A stretch of 64,000 bases of DNA from Hydrolagus colliei (Eukaryota), in assembly GCA_035084275.1 (NCBI GenBank), contig CM068754.1, positions 12,338,001 through 12,402,000 of the forward strand, in the 5' to 3' direction. A program made the position numbers and the translations under genes. The notes under the pieces were generated by a model. It had not been told where the DNA came from, did no database searches, and saw nothing but the letters and a program-made list of their open reading frames with translations. Numbering within the stretch: position 1 is the stretch's first letter; each line of letters begins with the position of its first letter. Shown piece after piece: positions 27,381 to 41,610 of the stretch.

Positions 27381-30300
27381 TTTCACCTATAAAGTACATC
27401 ACAATTATGTTATCCTAGTGATAGAAAGATATCCCCATATCTCCAGCTGTTGTATTGAAATTATTTAAGATGTATTTGGAAATCATTATTATTAAAACTT
27501 CAAAAATAATATTTTAGTATTAAGAAGCTGTTGGAGACATTGCTTTTGAGCAGTTTGCTATTATATATCAGCTTAGTATCTTATATTACTATAGCCACTC
27601 TCCTCTTTAATCTCCCCATTAGAATGAAAGCACCACTTTAATATTTAATAAGGCAAATTAAAGCAGTCAGAATTCCTACAATTTTCACTTTCATATTCCT
27701 GGAATCTACTTGCTTCCTGCTTTATCGCAGAAATTCAGATTCATTCAAAGAAATTGATTAAAAAAAAATAATCCTCTAGCTGGATCAAGAAATTCCTCCA
27801 GTGTTTATGAAACTTCAGTTCAACTAAAAATTGTATGACAACACAAAGCACTGTCTAACAAATGTCAAACTATAATGGTCAGCCGAGCACATGCATATCT
27901 TATTCTTCTAGCTCATTAATATTTTCCTTCAGCACTGTACGTTTCCAGCCCTTCAATCTTCCTGCCAAAGCTACATGGGTGGGAAAGAGAGCTGAAATTA
28001 ATTAGCAACCATCATTTACTGAATGAAAATCTGCAAGAAACATCATAGCCGGAGAGGAGAAAATAGCACATGTGAGACTATTTTGTTGTCAGTCTATTAG
28101 TTCTAATATCCTAGCATGACCATTAAAACTATTGCAATAAACTATATCGGAGATTGTAGTTCCCTCGATCTCGCCACCTTCTCAACCAATCCTCTACTAT
28201 CTAGACACTCTCTCCATACATAGATAGCAACAGAGATTATAAGAATCTCAGACTTCGTAAAATAAAAACAAACATATTTGCACAACAGTAAATTAAAAAT
28301 CAGAGTTTAAGTAAAATTAAAAAGTACATACTGTATGTCTTAAAGACGTAACGTGACATAGGATGATGTACAAATTCATAGATATATTCTCATAGATATA
28401 TATATCAATATGTATTAGTTACTTTAGAGGTTGTGTGTAATGAATTTCCAGTAAGTTTTATTAAAAGTATTGAATAATGTCCCACCACTGATTATCAGTA
28501 AATTACTTGATGACAAGTCAAGCACAGTTACTGCAATGGTTACTCTTTTAAGGTTTGTAATATATTCTTAATGTTGTAATTCTTTCAAAGCACATTTCAC
28601 ATTTGATTCATCTCACATTATTCTGTAGTTTGTTTCTTAATTTCAATTCTTGGTTTGCTGTTTGGCTGTGTACTGACTGTTTCAATAGGAATTTTTAGCT
28701 TGCAGTACAACAAAAGAACTGGAACTTTGGCAACCATGAAAAATACTTGCTGGGAACAGTTAATGTGCAAGAATAGTTTTGTTAGAACCAAACCTCAAAC
28801 CTCTTGATTTAATATTTCTAAAATCACAGATGTATGGCAAAAGGGCGCCATCAGTTATTTAATATAGAAATATAGAAAAAGCTGGAAAGCGAACAAACTG
28901 CTCAAAATAGCAGCTGACAATGATTTACATTAGGGAATGAATGTTCATCATTCTATTGATTTCAGCAGTTTTTTACATCAAATCAGAATGAACATGCGGA
29001 AAACAAATTAGTTACTACTTGCAATAAGTACTAAACTCAATACCCCAACTTTGCAGGAAAGCCCAAGTTTTTCTCTGTATCCGTTTTTTAGGTCTTCATG
29101 TTAATAAGTCCTTACATACCCAGATGACAAACATCTGCCAATCTTATTTGTTAGCATCTTCTACAAGCAGCTCACAATAAACATCCACCTGTCTTTTGAT
29201 GTCACCTGCTGTTAAAACATGGCCACATGCCAAAGTTTGCTACACTTTCCAAAATGTCTCGGCAATCTATCTCTGTGCCTGGGTGTATTATTTTCAAAAT
29301 TCCTGAAAATGGTTGCAGTGCTTCTTCGTAAACTCTATCATAGGCTATTGTATTTCTGTTGTGATGCCATGAATACAACATCAATCTGAAAGTGAAACGA
29401 CCGTTATCAGCTCACCAAAGAAACAAATCAATGATTAGCAACAAGGCGTACAGCTCGCTGACAAGCACTAAGAATCGATCAAAGTAATCAATCAGCAGAA
29501 TCAAGATCAATCATAGGCTCCTTTCACAATCTGCTCAGAAAATCTTCTTGCTCAGTGGATAGGTGCTCAGATTCTGAAAATCCTATTTGAATGAATGAGC
29601 TGCTGCTGTTCATTTATATAATGGTTCACATCTACTTTCATTCTCAGTTGAATGAAAAGCAGCAGATCTCATTTGTACCCACAACAAAGGATTATAGTCA
29701 AACCTCAGGTCGGTGTCTCAGAAGTTAATTGTGTTTAGAATCATGAAAACCATACTGAACGAACAGCTATTAGACCATTTCAAATGCAACAATCTGCTGT
29801 TTGGTAAACAATTGAGTATCAGAAGAAATCAACACTCACGAAAATCTAATTTTCACAAAATGCAGTGAATCAGCCAAGTACAATATGTCTTTATTTCTGT
29901 GCTGGAGGAAACGAGTAGTGAAGATCGCAAAACCAAACATTTAGGAATTCTCCAGGATGCTTTGCTATGGTTGTTATAGTTGGAAACATCAGAGTTCTGC
30001 AAATACTATGTCTACGCAACAGTGGAATATTGTAACCAAATTTGACAGATTTCAGAACCAACTGTTTTCTGAAATAAGTATGGTCCCAAGCCATCACACG
30101 AGATGAAGTTAGCCCTCTATATGCCACAATTTACCCGCTAAAGAAACAGACACACAGCAGGACTTGAGTTGCTTTCAGTAACTTGATCTTTCATGCTATT
30201 GAAACCTAAGAGATGGTGCATCTGCACTTCAGTGTGTCAATTCAAACCACATGTGTGGAACACGAATGGCAAAGAAATGCACACCACTTCTTCTGCTTTC

Positions 30301-31575
30301 GAAACACTTAGTCATGTGGATATTTCTACATTTTATGCAGAAATCTAAAATCACCTGCCAGTGATTATCTGCTGAGCTAAGACTGTTAAAGTGTTATTTT
30401 AAACCAGCAAAAATGTCTGGGTTTCCGTTTTGTCGCTAAATCTCAGACCAATCTACTTTTTTCACACACACGAGTAACTTTGAGGGTTTATTTGATAAAA
30501 TGTCTGTTATATTTACAACTGCAAACTTTTACTTGGCAAGATATTCCAGTTATTTAAGTGTACATGTTTGTATATATTTAGGTCTAATTTGAAGTATTTC
30601 TTGATATATGCAAGTACTGAATTTCTAAAACCAGGTATGTTCCATGGTTAATACATCTGATATTTGCAAGATTGATAATTGCACATTTCTTGTTAAGAAA
30701 TGTATTAAGCAGTGTAAGCACATTTGACCCAATTCTAAATTTAATTGAAAGCTTCAGGAGAAAGATACTCTACAGCACTAATACGATAACCTTCCTGCGT
30801 GAGGGGCACTATATAAATACATGTGAAAATTAGGTTTTCGTGAGTGTTGTTGATAGATGTGCTCAATTCATACAAATACTGGTACTGCATATTTTATATG
30901 CTGGACAAATTAATATTTCCTCTTCGCTAATAATGAGAGCTACTCAGTATGTTAGTGAAAGGATACAGCGACAACATAACATGGTCTGGATTGAACTTTG
31001 ATGAACATTTCAGCAAGTAGCCATGAGCAAATTGTAGCCAGACTCATGGCCAGAACTTTGTCTGGCTACAGCATACTGTATTGAAATATCATTGCCAAAG
31101 ATTAGTTAGATGAACACAGCACAAGTCTTTCCATGGTGATTCTTCTCATTCAACCTCCCTGCTCAATGTGTTTGTTTAGCACCACTCAAGAATGAACCCC
31201 AGATCCTATGAACACTTTTGTGTGGCTGAATATGCATCAATGCAAAAAACCCTGAAGAACAGTTAATGTCAACTAAAAGCACATTGATCTTAGATTTTTA
31301 CATTCTCTACATTGTAATTGCAAGACTACCACAAAGCCCCACAGCTGCTGTTATCTGTGACATGCAGCTGCAATTGTGCATTTTTATGAGGGGTTTGTGA
31401 ATTATTTCCTAACTCAATCAGTCAATGAAATGGGATGCGAGTGTCTATAAAAGATTTTAAAAAAACACAGAGGGGGAAGTTAAACAAAAAATATCCTCTT
31501 TGTTGTTTTATTTCACCAGTATTTTACGTAAGTCACATTCTACTCACACTTGTTTACATTTTATCTCTGTACAGT

Positions 31576-31755
31576 TATGCCCCTCTCTTTTCTCAGTTTC
31601 GGGTCCCAGCTGAAGACCTTTCTCTTCAATCGCGCCTTTGGTCACCTTTCTACCCCTGCCCTTGGCTCGGTCCCGGGATCCGCTATTGTGAAGTGCTCTG
31701 AGATGCCGTCCAGCATGGAGAGCGCTTTATAAATCAAAGTTGTTGTTGTTGTTGT
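31576..31755 (+). mobile_element. L2 subfamily B 3' end with 8-bp TSD (TGTACAGT)
   Basis: LKTFLFNRAF coding segment, gtgctctgagatgccgtccagcatggagagcgc stem-loop, (TTG)n; TGTACAGT at 31568-31575 and 31756-31763. Confidence 0.85.
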
Positions 31756-31879
31756 TGTACAGTGTCTTTTAGTGACTATGACACATTCATTCATATTTGT
31801 TGAAGTAGAAATCTTGCATCATCACAGTAGATAAGTGCAGACATATTAAAATATTGTATGTATCAGGTAACCATGTATT

Positions 31880-32050
31880 ATCAGAGATGCCGCCCTTTGG
31901 TTGAGATGTTAAACTGAAGTTGTCCTCCCAACATGAAAGGCGCTACATCAAATACAAGGGTTAAATAGTCCTGTACTTCAATGGTAGAGCACTCACCTTG
32001 CAAGCAAGAGTCCTGGATTCTTGGGCATGTTTCCTTACTCCACACACCTG
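31880..32050 (+). mobile_element. DeuSINE-like fragment with tail, followed by a tRNA-SINE head
   Basis: gatgccgccctttggttgagatgttaaactgaag + tgaaaggcgctacatcaaat, then gtcctgtacttcaatggtagagcactc...cttgggcatgtttccttactccacac. Confidence 0.65.
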
Positions 32051-35000
32051 ATAACAATTACTCAAGAAAAGAAACAACAAGAAATTACTGTACCTTGAAG
32101 ACAGATTTTGAGATCCTATTTGTTAATTGTGGCAGGAAATATACTATGGAGCAGAAAACCCAAGTATGTAAAGAGCAAGGTTGTATTTCTATTTGAAGAG
32201 GTCATAGCCAAAGCAAATGCACTGTTTGTGAGAACAAGATAAAAACACTCCAAATCACGAACATGTTAATATGCATGTTCACTTCAATACCGCAAAGAAA
32301 TAGCTTGAAGTCAATGCATGGGACAGACCCATTGCAAATTGCAGTCACGTGAATAGGAGAATGTGGGCAACATCTGAAAATCTCTTCGCAGCAAGTTAAG
32401 CATTGGCATAAGCCCAGGGTTTGAAGAACAGAGAATGTTGCCAATTCCCACTTTCATCAAAAGAGCTGTTTGTCTTCAGAATGGTGGTAATGCATTCCAC
32501 TACAGATAATAATTCGATAGATTATGCTTAAATAGCAGATGTATGATTTTATTTCCACCAAATTTAATAGGACATGGTTTATACAAATTGTCAGAAATTG
32601 AAACAAACCCAAATTTCCACTTTAAACTAACTCAATTTTCTGCTTGGTTGAAACCAAATGGAGGAATTTATTGACAGATGGTCGATCACACTTTGCTTCT
32701 TACTTAAATGCAGACAATGTGCCGTGCATGTGCCACAACATAAGTACCCTGATATTTTCCTGATTAGAATTTTCAGCAAATAATATGTTTTCTTATCAAA
32801 ATAAATTTTTTTATATGATTGATGGCTGGATTTTTTTTAAAGCCTACATCATCAACAACGTCTTCAATGTCATTCTTTTAAAACTATGTTGTAATAAATT
32901 GCAAAGTCTGTAGATCTTGAAATAACTTAAAAGAAAAGCAGCTGCAAAATTAAGAACATATTTAAGGATTTGGCGCACTGAAATACTATGTAGACTAAAA
33001 CTGGACCACAGATTTTTTAATGTACACAGTATGAGTAGTAGTCCAGGACTTTAGCACTGTGCACTGTAAGCAATGTTTTAAAACTGAGACCGTTGAGGTT
33101 TAATCATACCAACAATAACCAAAGATCAGTTCTGCAAGTCTACAGGGCATCACATTGTCATTTTTCAGAGGAGAAACACAAGGTAATTAGAAACCGACTC
33201 AGCAGTAAGATTAGATATGTGTACACAATATCAAAATTGTATCATCCTTTGTCATAGTTGCTTGTACTGCACTCCAAGACTAAATTGATATAGATACTAT
33301 TTATTAGTGGTAGGTTCAAATGTAGGATGGAATCCATGCTTGATTCATTCCAGTATAAATATTTAAATGTTAACAGGGCAATATGCTTGTTAAGTTTCAT
33401 ACCTACAATTTGGCATTGCAACTAGATCAATGAATGTATCAATTACCCTCCCACCACATCGGTTTAAAAGGTCAATATACTTAAACAGTGTTCAGATAAC
33501 ACAAATTAAATTTGGAGTGATCCACAATGAAAGGTCAATTGTGATTGAATTAAATGATCAGTGACATATGGTGTAAATAACAAAATCCAAACTGAAACAT
33601 AGCTGAAATAACACTTTATTCAATACAACAATTTTTATGGTTTCCATTGCTAGGGAAACAGTGTCACCATCCACTACCTATCAATAAAGAGAGTTTACTG
33701 ATTGCATACTGTAAAAGAGAAGTGACATGTTGCACGTAGAAATTTAGTATAAATCTCACTTGCAGTCATTAAACTCTCCTTTTTTGCTCTTGCTACAAGA
33801 CTCAGAATTTATTAATTTGATTTACAAGTCGAAGAAATAGATGTTTGTGACGTCCAGCGAAGGTGTGTGTGTGTGGGTGGTGGGGGGCGGGAGTGGGGGT
33901 TGGCGGGGGTGGGGGGAAATGTAGTCGGGGGAAGGAAGTGCTCGCTCTATGGATCACAGCCACTTCTGATCCAGAGAGTGGGCAAGTGGCTTGTCTCCGG
34001 GTACATGTAAACCAGTGGAGGGATGAACAATGTTTGACACCTTCCCACAATGACCCAGGAGAGATCACAGAAACTCACTGTTTGGTAAATTACAGATTGG
34101 TTGTAGTTAAAATGGGAAATTCTACATCACTGCGGTGCTGATGTAAAACAGAAGCACTATATTCCCTTCGGGAGAAGGGAAACAGGAAACAGTAGTTGAG
34201 GAGAAGCTGCCTTTCAGTGCAAATGTACCCACTTGCATTATGTATCTCTGGCTTAGCAACCAACCATCTCAGTTGTCTCCTGAGATTCCTCAACCAAATC
34301 ATTCTTTACTTCTGTTTGGAATTGAACACAGATTTCAAAGCAGATTCTGCAGTAAACACAACCTTGACATTAACATTAAAGGTGATACACTATTTGCTTT
34401 CTCATTCCATGCTACGACAATTTTTACTCCCTAAGGTTTTACAGTAGCCCTCAGCCAGTCCATCACATGAAACTCTAAAGGCGACAGAGAGCTATTCCCA
34501 TTATATTTGTGCTGACAAAGGCAGATTTCCTTAAACTAGGAAACATCAACAGAAGGCATTTTGATTAGCAGGTGTAATCACCCAGTTGTAAATTTTAGTT
34601 GATTTACTCAATATGATCAAACAAGATGATATTTATTTTTGGAAGAGCATTTCACAAAACTACCCTGCTCTATAGAAACTCCATGCCAAGTCACGTTGGC
34701 GAGGCAACAATGTTATAAAAATGTTTTCTCTTGAATATTTGCATTTGTGAATTAACATTGGCTCCTGATTTCACAACACAATCAGGATGCTAGACTGCAA
34801 TGCCAAATTGCGTTCAAATGTCCAGGTTGATTCCCAGAATTAGATGGATGAGCTATAAGGAATAACTAGGAAAACACATCATTCCAGCTTGAATTGTGCT
34901 TATAGAGGTAAGTAAGATGCTAAAAAAAGAGAGAAAAATCAAATGTAAACAATGTTTTCAGATATTGCCAGCAACAGGATGGACAAAATATGACATTTTC

Positions 35001-36911
35001 AGGGCTGATCAACAGAGGGAAATTAACAGATGGAATGGAACGTTATTGTCATTTAAGAAGCAGCTTCTTGATGCTGTAATTCAATGTGTATAGCATTCAA
35101 ACTGATTGAAATGGAAGACTTTTGCTTTTGCCTCTAAAATATTCAGTTACTACACTTTAAAGTAAACAATCCTGTGAAACGCTTTGAGGCATCCTCCCAA
35201 CATAAAAGGTGCTATATCAAATGCAAGATGTATGTTTATTTTGATGAATAAATACCAAATGATATTTTTTGCACTTGAAAGAAATTAGATTATTTTGCAG
35301 TTTTATTGATGAATTTTGACAAGTATAACATGGCGTTATTATTTTCTGCAGATTGGGTTTTATTCATGCATTGGTTTAAAAATAATTTTAAATGAATCAT
35401 TCACTTATAGATGACCTCCTTGACCATAGCTGATATTTTCTATTCATTCCCAACTTGTAAGCAGCAAGGTTGTTGATCCGGTACCTAGCTGGGTGCTCTC
35501 ACACCCCAAGGCTCATTCCATTGCTCAACCCAATCAGTGTATGACAATGTTCGAGTCATTACTGCAGTCAAAGCTCATTTTGCCCACAAAATAAACAGTC
35601 AATTAATTTTACAAAATATTCTGTGAAGTGCTTTGAGACTTATCCAAGACATGGTAAGAAACTATATCAAAGATTATTATTTCCTAATTCTTATAATTCC
35701 CAATTGACGCATTACATTAAATACCCAATACAGAGCTCCCAATACATAAATATTATGTAATATATATATATCTACTTGTACAGAGATATATATATATCTA
35801 CATAAAACCAAGGTAGGACTTCTCAGACAGGACTGGTAATCTAATTTGGCGATAGCAGCATGTGTCCCAAGTATTTGAGAGACATTGTTAATTAAATGGG
35901 ACAGCAGGGGTACCTGAAAGAATTTCCATATGCCAGGTTTCAGTGGTTATAACCCTCTATTGTGCGGTTAAGGAATTCTCCATCTGCTTCCTGCAGGAGC
36001 TTATTCTCAGTCTCAATCAATGGAATTTCTACTCTCCATGATTAATTATTCTTTCTCAGTATGATTTATTCTTTTTATTCCCGAGGAAGCAAAGTATCCA
36101 CAGGACTTCGAATGACAGCATCACAGGAATGGATTTGAGGAGAAATTCTATACAAAGCTTCTCCCCAATCCAATATACTTTACTATAAATTTGTCTGGAG
36201 ATTTCAGTGAAACTTCAGTTGCTATTTGTGAACAGCCTCTTTCGGCTTTTGGGAACAAGTTGGCTAGTAACCTCTTGGGAAAAAAAGTTCTAAAAAGGCC
36301 AATTTCAGTGTTCAAAAATGCTTTACATTGCACAGGAACCCAACTGATGCCAACAGCTTGATAGCTAGGCTTGGGTGCTTCTGTGACTCGGTGTTTTTAT
36401 TATTAGTTAATAAAAAAAACCTTGTATTTGATATCACACCTTATTACATTGTTAAAAGGAAAAGCCTTATAGCAATTCATAGGTTTGACACTAAGCCTTC
36501 AGGAATATATGGACACATAAACAGCTGTTTAATATGTGTACGTGGGAATGGATGCATCCAAAGAATACATTCAAAGATTAATTTATTCAAATTCTTACTA
36601 ATAATATTTCAAAAGGAATAGTGGAACTAATAACACTATTGTTTGATTTGTTTTATATGAAATTATTATTCTGCTGCTGACCAAAGTTAATTACCAGACA
36701 GTAAGGTTAACAATGTTCCACTGTGGGACCTGTGATCAGCCAGAATTGTTCAGTACAGTTTGATTGGTGGTGTCTTGCTGCATACATCTAACCGAGAACA
36801 ACTAAAAGCTCCCAAGGCATCCTGCCACAAATTCCCACTGCATTAAAACATTTTAGTAAAAAAACTTCGTAAAGTGTGTTTTGTAGTTTGTTATTTCATG
36901 GGCATAATACA

Positions 36912-36973
36912 AAAACAACAACAACTTCGATTTATATAGCGCCCTCCATGCCGGACGGCGTCACAGAGCGCTT
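36912..36973 (-). mobile_element. L2 subfamily B stem-loop-only tail
   Basis: (aac)n-ttcgatttatatagcgccctccatgccggacggcgtcacagagcgc. Confidence 0.8.
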
Positions 36974-37975
36974 AATAATAATCCATAGGGCGTTTTTCAT
37001 TCACTGAGCTGATTTTTGCTTCAATGGAGATTCAAACTATTTTAGATCCAAACTATTGACTGCATCTATATAATAAATATGATAATAGATATACTATAAT
37101 AATTATATAAACATAATATCCTGCAACAGGATGAATTGTTTTTCTAAACAGATATAGTTTTTTCCCCAATTATCTCTCTCTGTATGATTAAGAGTTGAAA
37201 AGGGATTGAACTCTCACTCTCCATGCCTCCCTCCCTCCCCACAATGTTTACAATGGAAAACCTTTACTTTCATATAACTTCCTCCATAATGCACTATTAT
37301 TCATTACATTTTCTTTCTACCAAATGCAAAATATTTTTCTATGAATTTCTCCAAGCACATTACACAGTTAAATTTGATACCATTTTGAAGTCTAATATTA
37401 CAATTTCAGTGAATAAGTATGGAATTTAAACTTTAGAACTATAACTGGGGAGAATTAAGCGAGGAAACAGAATTGGAAAATTAACCAACATAGGGTTCAT
37501 TGTAAGGTCATTTTAATGAAAAGTGTGTGGGGGGGGGAATTATATTTTCCTATCAGGAAGAAGGTAAACAAAGCAAGTAGAAGACAAAAGAACCTTGAAT
37601 AAGTAGGTAAAAACTGAAAGCCAAATCATGTTTGTAAATAATAGAAAATTAAATTGAATAAGAACTGGGAGCTATTTAAATTACAATGGCGGTTAAGTGA
37701 GAAGAATATTAATGTGTTTAAGAGTGCAACAGAGAGATATTTCAGACAAAAAGTTTATTTAGCAATGCTAGCAGTAGATGACATGTTAAAGGCCAAATAC
37801 ATCATTTAAGAGATAAATTAGGGAGAGATTAGGCAGATGTGTTAAATTGTATATCACAAATGCTTTCATAAACCCTAGCAATTTATTCATCTAATTGTTT
37901 GGAGTTAGGTTTTACTTTGATATAGCTTTAGGTGGAATTTATTTTAACTGCATCTGGGTTTCCTCCAGTAAACCA

Positions 37976-38146
37976 AATAATAATAAATTGGTCACTTCAA
38001 TCCATTAATGTTTGTGGGATGCTGCTGTGTGCAAGTGTCTGCCGCAATTTGTCCACAGTCAATTCACTGTGCAGTTAATTCTGTGATGCACTTTGAGACC
38101 TGATAAGGCACTATACCAAATGCAAGGATTATCATTAATATTATTA
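37976..38146 (+). mobile_element. SINE 3' half
   Basis: Matches the window SINE family body and tail. Confidence 0.8.
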
Positions 38147-38629
38147 CTCTGTTAATTTAGCATTTTACAGTGGCAAGCAGGGGCAGATTGGGTGTATGAG
38201 AAATTGGGGGAATAGCTTCCGACACTGATCAGAAGCTCCATTTTAGCCCGATAAAGTTTTCAAACATGCAGATGCCTTTTGTCACCCCCCCACTCCCCTA
38301 AGGACTTGACACCCCTCGAAAAATTGGCTGCTCCATTTTACATGACAAAGGAAGTTTCTGTGAGGCATAAAAAAAACTTGCAGAAAATTAGCTTCCAATT
38401 TAAGACTATACGAATTTGCCAAATTCTGGGCCCTCTGAAATGCTAATTGTAACGAAACTCAAAGGATTAAATGTATAGAGAGCCACTGGGCTAGAGAGAT
38501 GTACCCTGGGATACTCAAGTAAATGCACAAGGAATCATAACTGAGGTTTGGGGTAATATTTTCAGCAGCTCCATAAACCCTGAAGCTGTACCTGAGCACC
38601 AGAGTATAACAAATGTTATCTTGTTCGCA

Positions 38630-38955
38630 AAACAACAACAAAATTACATTTGTAGAGCCCCTTCCCGCTCGGGAGGACGTCTCAAGGTGCTCAACAGTCA
38701 GGGGTCAGGACCTGAGCATAAGTGGGGCAGGGTTGGGATGAGGGAGAGCAGAAAGGTAGGAGGGCAGCTAAAGGCACGGTCAAATAGAAGAATCGTGAGT
38801 GGGGCCTTGAAGGAGGGAGGCAAGGAGGCATGGGAGGCATGAACCTTCAGATTATCGATTAGATTAGTTAGCCTAACACTAATAATAATCCTTACATTTG
38901 ATATAGATCTCTTCACATCTTCTAGATGTTTCAAAGCACTTCATAGACTATACTA
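38630..38955 (-). mobile_element. L2 3' end (38630-38840) and adjacent SINE tail (38881-38955)
   Basis: cgggaggacgtctcaaggtgc and LFDRAF coding segment; then aataataatccttacatttgatatag. Confidence 0.75.
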
Positions 38956-39318
38956 TAAAATAAATTGACTGCATATTTTCTGGCCTAAACTGATAGTGCA
39001 TGCATTAGATTTAATCTTGCCCAAACAATGTAAAGTACTATTGGCTGTCATTGAAGCATGCTCTTTAGCAATCTTAATTTTATGGACATAACAAGACATT
39101 GGAATGGCAATTTTAAAAATTAGAGTAATTGAAGTAAAAAAAATTAAACATTTGGATTGGAATTCAACCATTGTGTATGCAACTGACGTATATCTAAGGA
39201 TAGATGCTGAGATATGATAATAGAAGCTACTGAAGAAAGCCTGAGGGAAGTTCACTGATATCTAAGTGGATAATACATTTAGCAGATATTGAATGCCTTT
39301 CAGGTCATCTGCAATAAC

Positions 39319-39531
39319 GCCTAATAATAATTCCTCCCCAAAAAAACTAATAAATTTGTCATTTAAATTGATGACTGTTTGTGGGACACTGCTGTGCGCA
39401 GGTGGCTGCCGCGTTTCGCCCACAAATACACATTCACTTTACAGCATATTCTGTGAAACGCTTTGAGACATCTAGAAGATGTGAAAAGCGCTATATGAAA
39501 TGCAAGGATTATTATTATTATTATTATTATT
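39319..39531 (+). mobile_element. SINE 3' part, well preserved, long (TTA)n tail
   Basis: gactgtttgtgggacactgctgtgcgcagg...gaaaagcgctatatgaaatgcaagg(att)n. Confidence 0.88.
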
Positions 39532-40049
39532 AATACATAGCAAATGCTCAATACGATAGTGGTTGGATTTTGCAAGATTGGTTCAGATGAAGAAGGCCCT
39601 TTCGTTCATTTCATCTAATCCCCCCAGAATACCCAGCCTGCTGTGTTGCCATCGCAACATCAAGTTGCCTTTTAAATGAATTGAATGTTTTGGCCTAAAC
39701 CACCCTTCCTGGCTACCCTGTTCCAGTCAATAATTGGCCACTGAGTAAATAAATCTTCCTGGCATCTCTCTGTCCCGAAATTGATTTCAGTAGATTTCTG
39801 AATCAATTTGAAAACAAAGATTTATTTTGACCAGGAGAATCTACGCAATCATATATAATTCATTAGTTGATGAAACAGAACAAACCAGTTAGACTATTTC
39901 TGCAAATCTTTTTGTTGTGGGAGGGAGCGAAACATGATTCAAGATATGATAAGATCATAACAACCATCTCCCCATTTTGTTTCAATGCCAGCTACATTAT
40001 TACCATTAAAGAAAAAACAAATGTGAGGAATATATGTAAAACAGTACTG

Positions 40050-40860
40050 CATTGGTGGTCGGAACAGCTACATCAGCGATGATTCACAAAAGCAGCAGCA
40101 ATGTCCATGTACATGCTGTCTGTCTTGCATCTAACAATGGTATTACTCATCTCAGTGTATCCGTTCCGATTTCTTTACCCGTCTTCATGCTGTACATCTC
40201 TCTTCTTTCTCATCACCAAAGGAAAATTATCTTGCCTCTTTCTGTCATGATGTGCTGGCTTCACTCTCCCCTATATTTCTTGAGCAAGCACCCTAATGGG
40301 ACAATTCCAATGTTTCCCACTTTCTCTACTGAATCACGCTCCCTTTCCATGATAATATACCAGCACTTCACCCCAAATTATCTGTTCTGATATCTTAATA
40401 AATTCCTCCAGCATCAAGTACAATTATTTTTTTCTCTGCATCTTGCTTGCTTTCTGTGCTTATGATTTCTCACTAACTCCTTCTAATCTTTTTTTCTGTA
40501 TTAAGTCAGCAACCCTTCAAAAAATCATGTATGCCAACATTTTGCTCTACGCCTCTGCTTTAATTAACATCTTTCTCAATTCTCTCCACTATATGTCAAC
40601 ATCTTCCCCCACCAATCTCGCTGCTGTGACATACCAACTCATGTGGAAAATATTCTCGACTTTCCTGTTGTAATGTGCCAGCCCTTGTTTCCACTTTCTC
40701 TAGTGTATCCTCACTCTTTTGCTAAGAATTGCAGCTTTGCCTTACATTCCTGTGCCATTTAATGACAGCAACTCTCCTTGTTTTTCTCACACACGTTTGT
40801 GGATTCCAACCATTCTGACATCTCTCATCCCACCCAGTACTTTGGGTGTTTAACCATACA
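40050..40860 (+). mobile_element. Highly decayed Penelope-like element (RT C-terminus and GIY-YIG region)
   Basis: Ordered peptide remnants THLSVSV, IPMFPTF...IIYQHF and FSLTPSNLFFCIK resemble Penelope motifs FLDLSVSI, VPLVLTF...IILRHF and FTCTSSNLVYCIRC. Confidence 0.4.
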
Positions 40861-41575
40861 TTGTGCTAAAATCAGTTACAATTAAGCAAAGATTGTTCAG
40901 TTATGAGCAATGTGATACACATTCTGTATTTCATTTTGCCTTTTGAGCCTGTCAGTGGTTTCATTGACTGACTGTTGTCTGTTAGTTTGCTTAAAAAAAT
41001 TAAATAAAAACGTTAAAGGAGGTATCAAATGGGAAAAAAATGAATTATGAAATTAGGAAAGATAATAGAAGATTTCTAAAAAAAAATGTAACTGATAGAC
41101 ATCAATAAGGAAAAAAAACAATAAAGGCAGAGGAAAGGAGAAAAAATATATTTTACTCAAGATTTTTTTTCCTTAACATGAAAATACAATGATTTACAGA
41201 GATGATTTCAACATTGATTTGGCACTGACCTAGCTTATTAAAACATAGTATAACTTAAGCTCTCTGAATACAGAGAACGGGAAATCGAAAGAATTTGGAT
41301 GAGGTATCAAATGAAAAATACATCCAATTAATTCATCTGAAACTTTCAAAAATGCTAGACTAAATTCAGCAGTTTTAAACAGAAATGTGGACTTGTTTCT
41401 CTAACCCCACGAAAAGCCATCGTTATTCTTACTCCTGCAGAAGATGTCAAGAAGTTCTCAATAGCATCCAATAGATGGGTGCTGATGTGGCTGAGATTTG
41501 GGAAAATCACTCTGACCTTCTACCTTTTAGAGAAAAAGTGTGACATCCCCAATGGTGCTCAAGCAGATGATTAGT

Positions 41576-41610
41576 GAGTATAAATTCAGCCTCTGGCTGA
41601 ATTTATACTC
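41576..41610. repeat. Perfect 16-bp inverted repeat, 3-nt loop
   Basis: gagtataaattcagcc-tct-ggctgaatttatactc. Confidence 0.95.

Noticed and set aside
31020-31070. Two interlocking short inverted repeats (8 bp and 11 bp)
   Set aside because: Short arms with long loops; plausible by chance in 64 kb and no supporting context.
35755-35803. Apparent palindrome of TA-rich sequence
   Set aside because: Explained by (TA)n microsatellites.
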